Assembly (NCBI GenBank): GCA_049513715.1
Contig: JBEKVV010000001.1
Coordinates: 704,001-768,000, forward strand
Length of the DNA: 64,000 nt
Origin: Candidatus Bathyarchaeia archaeon
Lineage (GTDB): Archaea > Thermoproteota > Bathyarchaeia > 40CM-2-53-6
Direction of reading: 5' to 3'
Under the pieces are notes generated by a model. The model ran no database searches and was not told where the DNA came from. It saw only the letters and a list, made by a program, of their open reading frames with translations. This document shows, one piece after another, positions 58,680 to 64,000 of the stretch (positions within the stretch are counted from its first letter, which is position 1; each line of letters starts with the position of its first letter). A program made the translations under genes and the position numbers.

Positions 58680-60122
58680 CTAATGAGGAATCCCTTGGAC
58701 CGCGTTGATGATTATTTGAAGAAGTGGCGCAGGGTACAAGCCCAAGATGAGCAGGGGCACGAGAAATGCCGCTAGAGTAGCGAGCGTGTACCAGGGTGCT
58801 TCCCTTCGCCCGAGTTGTATTGCCGTTGGTTTGAGCAAAACTCTGCGGAGCATCCAAACAAAGTACCCAGCTGTGATTCCTGGCACAAGGACGGCAATCG
58901 CGTAGTATCGGTTCACCGAAATACCGGCCAAAATCACAGTGTATTCGCTGATGAAGTTACTGAACCCAGGAAAACCCATAGCGGCTAATGACGCCAGCAC
59001 TAAGAGGAAACTCGTAATTGGCATGGCAGCGCCAAGCCCGGCTAGTTCGCGTATGTTGCGTGTTCCCATATGCTCGAGGATCACGCCTGACATCAGGAAG
59101 AGGCATCCGATTGCGATGGCGTGGTTGAACATCTGAAACACCGCTCCACTCAGACCGTAGGTAGTTAGCGTGAATGCTCCGAGCAAAACGTAACCCATGT
59201 GATTTATGCTCGTGAAAGCGACCATGCGCTTGAAGTCAGTTTGGAACATAGCAACAATTGCGCCGTAGAACATAGTCACCAAGGCGACCCCAATGAAGAC
59301 CGGAGCCAGGAGTTTAGAGGCCTCAGGCATCAGAAACAAGTTCATCCGGATAAACCCGTAGCCCCCCATCTTCAGAAGCAACCCGGCCAATAGAACACTG
59401 ATAGGTGCAGGGGCCTCAACATGGGCGTCCGGGAGCCAAGTGTGGAAGGGAACAATGGGCAGTTTGACGCCGAACCCGATGAAGAAACCGATTGAAATCA
59501 GAACCTGAATGGTCAGGGGCAAGTGTAGGTTCATGAGGTTCGTGAAGTTGAATGTGTGAGGAGTTGAAAGTACGTATAGTGCGATGAAGCTCAATAGGAT
59601 GAGGATGCTGCCAACGTGGGTCATGATCAGGAATTTCATCGCCGCGTATTTCTTCCTCGGCCCACCCCACACCCCGATGAAGAAGAACATCGGAATTAGG
59701 ACAAGTTCCCAGAAGACATAGAACGCAATCAAGTTCAGCGACGTGAAAACGCCTACAATCGCACCTTCGAAGAGAAGCAATAGGGCATTGTACTCTTTCA
59801 CTTTGGTGTTGATTTGTTCCCATGAGCCCGCTGCTGAAAGCGTCGTTAGAAACGATGTGATAATCAACAATGGCAGGCTGATTCCATCAATGCCAACCGT
59901 GTAGGTTAGGCCGAAGGAGCTGGCCCAATCGTAACTCTCAACGAACTGAAAACCAGAACCAGTCCAGTTGAATCCTATGAAGATGTAGAGTGTTAGTGCA
60001 ATTGTGGCTGCCGAGATGGCAATTGTAATTGCTTTCGATAGTTTGGCGCTTATGAATCCGGCGAAGTATGCGATGAGGCCGCCAATTATTGGGGCGAAGA
60101 TCAAGAGAGTGAGGAGCACCAA
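58680..60122 (-). CDS. nuoM: complex I subunit M (copy 2)
   Basis: FYVFWELVLIPM, KLPIVPFHTWLPDAHVEAP, LLLKMGGYG. Confidence 0.94.
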   Translation of the reverse strand: MVLLTLLIFAPIIGGLIAYFAGFISAKLSKAITIAISAATIALTLYIFIGFNWTGSGFQFVESYDWASSFGLTYTVGIDGISLPLLIITSFLTTLSAAGSWEQINTKVKEYNALLLLFEGAIVGVFTSLNLIAFYVFWELVLIPMFFFIGVWGGPRKKYAAMKFLIMTHVGSILILLSFIALYVLSTPHTFNFTNLMNLHLPLTIQVLISIGFFIGFGVKLPIVPFHTWLPDAHVEAPAPISVLLAGLLLKMGGYGFIRMNLFLMPEASKLLAPVFIGVALVTMFYGAIVAMFQTDFKRMVAFTSINHMGYVLLGAFTLTTYGLSGAVFQMFNHAIAIGCLFLMSGVILEHMGTRNIRELAGLGAAMPITSFLLVLASLAAMGFPGFSNFISEYTVILAGISVNRYYAIAVLVPGITAGYFVWMLRRVLLKPTAIQLGRREAPWYTLATLAAFLVPLLILGLYPAPLLQIIINAVQGIPH

Positions 60123-60132
60123 GTTCCATGCC

Positions 60133-62229
60133 TCATGTCAGAAAGAATAGTATCACAACTACCAAAGCAAACAGGCCAAGGGCGAAGACGGTGACGTATT
60201 CCTGTGGGATGCCTGTTTGGAGCCGCTTAAGCGTTGACGAGAACTTGCGCCCAACAGAGGCTATGCCGTTGATGATTCCGTCGATTACCCCAACGTCAAT
60301 ACGCTGACCGCGGCTGGAAAGCCCGACCGAGAAGGTGGCGACTGAACCGCTGATTCTATCGAAGAAACCCGTTTCAAGCGAGTCCTTCAACGCGCCTGCA
60401 GCTGATATGGTTCCGTAAACGAAGGCTCTGTAGTAGGCAGGGTTGATGTACCATCGCTCCCATAGGAAGTTGTAGAGGCCTCTAACGAATCCTTTCTCGC
60501 CAACGATCGAGGTCGGTTTGAGTCTACCGGAAATGTAGAGTAGGTAACCGAAAGTTCCCCCCACAGCGAGCATGATTAACGAGCCTGAAGTGGCCACTAA
60601 AGACGCGTGTTGCTCGACAGCCGGGTCGAGCGGAACCCCGGTTGCGGCTAGGGGAGTTGCGGTATTCGCCAGAGATTGTGCGAAGAAGGCTTCAACGTAA
60701 GGGCCGGCTAGGCCGATGGCTACTGTCGCGAGCGCCAGCAGCAGATATGGAACCCACATTAGTGCCGGTGCTTCGTGCACGTGGTGTCCCTCGTCTTCCA
60801 GTTTCTTCAAGTGCTCGCTTTTTGGAGCCATGAAGACCATGCCTATCACCTTCAGGCTGTATAGGAACGTCAGCGCCACTGTGCCCCAGGCGAGAAGGAG
60901 CAGGGGCATCTGTCCAGTCAGAACTGTAGTCGCAATTACCGCATCTTTACTCCAGAATCCGCTCAGGGGTGGCACACCTGAAAGTGCGAGCAGTGCGATC
61001 ACCATTGATGCGAAGGTGATCTTCATCGAGTGGCGTAGCCCACCCATGTCGCCCATATACCGTGACTCGACGGCGTGCAAGATTGCTCCTGCGGCCAGGA
61101 ACGCAGCTGCCTTGAAGAGTGCATGGGTCATCAGATGGAAGATCCCTGCTGTTAGGCCGGTTACAAATTCCGACGCAAGCCCACCTGCTCCAATGCCCAA
61201 CATCATGTAACCAATTTGAGAGATTGTTGAGTAGGCAAGTAGTTTCTTCAGTTCTTTCGAAACAACAGCCTGTGTTGCTGCCATGAATGTTGTGAAGGCG
61301 CCAATCCAGGCGACTGCCTCGAAGAATAGTGTTGGTTGGCCGTATTGGAGGACTATGTTGTAGAACATTGGTCCCGCTCTGCCGGCGAGATAGACTCCTG
61401 CGGTAACCATCGTTGCTGCGTGTATGAGTGCGGATACTGAGGTCGGGCCGGCCATGGCGTCGGGCAACCATTCATGCAACGGGAATTGCGCCGATTTCCC
61501 AATCGGTCCCCAGAAGAACAACAATGCAACTGGTATCAGCAATCCTAGGCGGCTGAGGGGTAAGGCCCATGAAACCTCTTTTGAAAGCTGCACGAAATTC
61601 AGTGTGCCCGAGTAGGCGTAGATCATGAAGATTGCGATGAGCAGTCCTATGTCTCCGATTCTGGTTACGATGAGAGCCTTCATTCCGGAATGGCTGGGTG
61701 AATAAGCCATCGGCACACCCAAGGCTTTGTCGCCAATAGTTCCAACCCATTTGTCCAACGGATCCCTGTACCAATGCCCAATCAAAGCGTACGAGCATAA
61801 GCCAACGCCTTCCCAGCCGAAGAAGAGTTGGAGCAAGTTGTCGGACATGACGAGGAGAAGCATGCTTCCGATGAAGAAGTTCATGAAGAACCAGTATCGT
61901 GTGAGCCCTTCGTCGTCCTTCATGTAGGCGAGGCTGTAGATCATGATCAGAAAGCTGACCCATGCGACTGTGTTGGCCATGATTATGCTGAGGGGGTCGA
62001 GGAGAACACCGGCTTTGATGTTGAGGCTCGTGATCCAGTTGACCTGAACGTCCTTTGTTGCTCCAGAGAGAATTATCGGAAACAGGAGTGCGGCTGAGAC
62101 TGCACCCAAGAACGCGAAGGCAACGGCCCCGTAGTCTCTCATCTTGAGATGAATGCGAGCGAATAGTGGAGTGAGAATTGCGCCGATGAACGGCAACCCC
62201 CACGTAAGCCATCCGAAGATCTCGTTCAT
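60133..62229 (-). CDS. nuoL: complex I subunit L with lengthened lateral helix
   Basis: GWEGVGLCSYALI, KSAQFPLHEWLPDAMAGPTSVSALIHAATMV, C-terminal LQTG. Confidence 0.95.
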   Translation of the reverse strand: MNEIFGWLTWGLPFIGAILTPLFARIHLKMRDYGAVAFAFLGAVSAALLFPIILSGATKDVQVNWITSLNIKAGVLLDPLSIIMANTVAWVSFLIMIYSLAYMKDDEGLTRYWFFMNFFIGSMLLLVMSDNLLQLFFGWEGVGLCSYALIGHWYRDPLDKWVGTIGDKALGVPMAYSPSHSGMKALIVTRIGDIGLLIAIFMIYAYSGTLNFVQLSKEVSWALPLSRLGLLIPVALLFFWGPIGKSAQFPLHEWLPDAMAGPTSVSALIHAATMVTAGVYLAGRAGPMFYNIVLQYGQPTLFFEAVAWIGAFTTFMAATQAVVSKELKKLLAYSTISQIGYMMLGIGAGGLASEFVTGLTAGIFHLMTHALFKAAAFLAAGAILHAVESRYMGDMGGLRHSMKITFASMVIALLALSGVPPLSGFWSKDAVIATTVLTGQMPLLLLAWGTVALTFLYSLKVIGMVFMAPKSEHLKKLEDEGHHVHEAPALMWVPYLLLALATVAIGLAGPYVEAFFAQSLANTATPLAATGVPLDPAVEQHASLVATSGSLIMLAVGGTFGYLLYISGRLKPTSIVGEKGFVRGLYNFLWERWYINPAYYRAFVYGTISAAGALKDSLETGFFDRISGSVATFSVGLSSRGQRIDVGVIDGIINGIASVGRKFSSTLKRLQTGIPQEYVTVFALGLFALVVVILFFLT

Positions 62230-62232
62230 GCC

Positions 62233-63702
62233 TTAACCTCCTAGAATCGCCTTCACTGTCGGAAGCAGTAGCCCCTCTATGATGTCGGGGAAGATGCCGA
62301 TGATAACGGAGATTGCTGAGAGCACGAGGAGAGGCAGAGTAATCGTCAACGGCGCTTCATTCACGCCGCTGAGTTCGTCAGGGAGCTTGCCGAAGAATAT
62401 GCGTTTCACAGCCCAAAGAGAATACCCGGCAGTAATCGCGGTTGAAGCTACTCCTAGGAAAGCCAGCGCGATTCGTAGCATTGAGTCGAGTTTGAAAGCC
62501 ATCTGAAAGCTTCCGGCGAAGATGAGAAACTCTGAGATGAAGCCAGACGTTGGTGGGATGCCCATGATCGTCAGGAACCCGATCACCGCGGCAGTGGCGG
62601 TTATTGGCATCTTCGCTGCCAACCCGCCCATTTTGCTGATGCTGCGCAGGCCATGAGTCTGAAGAATTATGGTCCCGGCAACCATGAAGAGAATTCCTTT
62701 CCCAATTCCGTGAGTTACGTATTGAAACATCGACCCTGAAACGCCCAGAACTTGGAAGGATGATATTCCGAGCAAAATGTAACCCATCTGGCTAACACTG
62801 GAGTAGGCCAATAGTTTCTTGATGTCGTCCTGAACCAGGGCCATGGCTCCGCCGTAGAACATAGTAACCACTGCCCAAACGGTGAGCGCCGTTGAGATTT
62901 CGAAGAATGAGCTTGGTAAGATTGCCATCACCAACCGAACGATTGCGTACCCTCCAATTCCAATCATCGCCGGCGACAAGAGCGCGCTGATTGGGGTAGG
63001 GGCTTCCGCGTGGGCGTGTGGGAGCCATATGTGCAGACCGAATGCAGCCATCTTCACCAGCAAACCAAGAACCATCAAGACCACGATCCACAACCTCAGG
63101 TCAGCAGACATTGTGGCTGTGACAATCTTGTCGAGGTCGAATGTTCCGCTCAAGTATCCTACGGAGAGGATACCTGCAAGGAAAGCGAGCGCCCCAATGT
63201 GCGTCCACATAAAGTACATGAACGAGATCCTATCCCGGTCGCCATAACCCCACTTCGCGATCAGGAAGTATGATGGAATCAACATGAGTTCGAAGAAAAG
63301 GTAGAACTCGATTAAGTTCGTGGCTAGCACGGCGCCCATCATTCCAACCGAGTATAGCATGAGGAGGGCGTAGTAGAGGGCGAACTGTTCCTTCTTGTCA
63401 CCGATTATGTGTTGCATGTAGGGGATTGAGTAGATCGACATCAGGGCACAGAGCAATGATATCGTGAAAAGAATCGGTATGCTCAGTCCGTCTGCGTTGA
63501 GGCCGAATAGTCCGATGGGGCTCCAGTTGTAGAATTCTCGAGCACCCCCCTGCCAGCCTGTGAGCAGTGTGAGAAATGTTGAGTATGCGAGAGCGATGAA
63601 TCCTACATAACCTGCTTTGGCACCCCATTTGAGTCCGGCGAGATATGATACGAAGACGAAAAGTAATGGCACTAGCAGTATCTGAAGGATTTGCATATAC
63701 AT
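62233..63702 (-). CDS. nuoM: complex I subunit M (copy 1)
   Basis: FYLFFELMLIPSY, HIWLPHAHAEAP, LAYSSVSQMGY. Confidence 0.9.
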   Translation of the reverse strand: MYMQILQILLVPLLFVFVSYLAGLKWGAKAGYVGFIALAYSTFLTLLTGWQGGAREFYNWSPIGLFGLNADGLSIPILFTISLLCALMSIYSIPYMQHIIGDKKEQFALYYALLMLYSVGMMGAVLATNLIEFYLFFELMLIPSYFLIAKWGYGDRDRISFMYFMWTHIGALAFLAGILSVGYLSGTFDLDKIVTATMSADLRLWIVVLMVLGLLVKMAAFGLHIWLPHAHAEAPTPISALLSPAMIGIGGYAIVRLVMAILPSSFFEISTALTVWAVVTMFYGGAMALVQDDIKKLLAYSSVSQMGYILLGISSFQVLGVSGSMFQYVTHGIGKGILFMVAGTIILQTHGLRSISKMGGLAAKMPITATAAVIGFLTIMGIPPTSGFISEFLIFAGSFQMAFKLDSMLRIALAFLGVASTAITAGYSLWAVKRIFFGKLPDELSGVNEAPLTITLPLLVLSAISVIIGIFPDIIEGLLLPTVKAILGG

Positions 63703-63709
63703 TGAGCGT

Positions 63710-64000
63710 TTATCCCTTCAGCTTGTCCAGTTTCCTCACGTCAATTGATGAGTTGAGCCGGAAGGCGACGAGAATGAGCGCCAAGCCAACGGCCGCCTCC
63801 ATCGCGGCTGCAGCGATCGAATAGAACACAATAACCTGACCTGTCACTTGTGCCGGGTTCATGTAACGAGAGAACGCGGCGAAGTTAAGGTTCGCTGCGT
63901 TGACGATCACTTCAATTGCGAAGAGGATGCGTATGGCGTTTCTCTTGACGGTGAGGCCGTAAATGCCAATCCCAAGCAGCGCTGCTGAAACGATAATGTA
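63710..64000 (-). CDS. nuoK: complex I subunit K (5' end outside the window)
   Basis: GIYGLTVKRNAIRILFAIEVIVNAANLNF..AAMEAAVGLA..LKG. Confidence 0.93.
   Translation of the reverse strand, partial: YIIVSAALLGIGIYGLTVKRNAIRILFAIEVIVNAANLNFAAFSRYMNPAQVTGQVIVFYSIAAAAMEAAVGLALILVAFRLNSSIDVRKLDKLKG

Noticed and set aside
61472..62212. 246-aa ORF and the many other overlapping 60-200 aa ORFs in the track
   Set aside because: Alternative-frame or antisense shadows of well-supported genes

Overview
Archaeal chromosomal segment from the TACK group (cdvABC, rps26e, PolB2, 2M-type complex I); a Bathyarchaeia- or Nitrososphaeria-like organism is my inference. It is mostly housekeeping and energy genes: a thiolase/DUF35 plus B12 acyl-CoA mutase cluster, an aRadC-PolB2 pair, proS and argS, a 2-oxoacid:ferredoxin oxidoreductase, an ESCRT-III/Cdv division cluster, Mn homeostasis genes, Rieske/cytochrome b/CuA/heme-o-synthase genes, and nuoKMLM...N interrupted by an inverted partial A-type ATPase cluster. 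The main discovery is bulge-helix-bulge (BHB) splicing reaching beyond tRNA. The B12-binding mutase subunit gene (4254-4693, -) carries a 17-nt intron with a complete hBHBh' structure that splits the Asp codon of the DxHxxG cobalamin motif. In addition, tRNA-Cys(GCA) carries three BHB-type introns (8/9, 37/38, 48/49) and a 5'-leader copy of its acceptor strand that could act as a folding decoy. Also seen: four genes that appear to need non-canonical start codons (CTG, CTG, ATA, ACG), one of them missed by the ORF track; a phased GGGTG/CACCC palindrome array; a tRNA-Arg-anchored Mn islet; and several zinc-finger microproteins. All calls come from reading the sequence by eye; no searches or folding programs were run.
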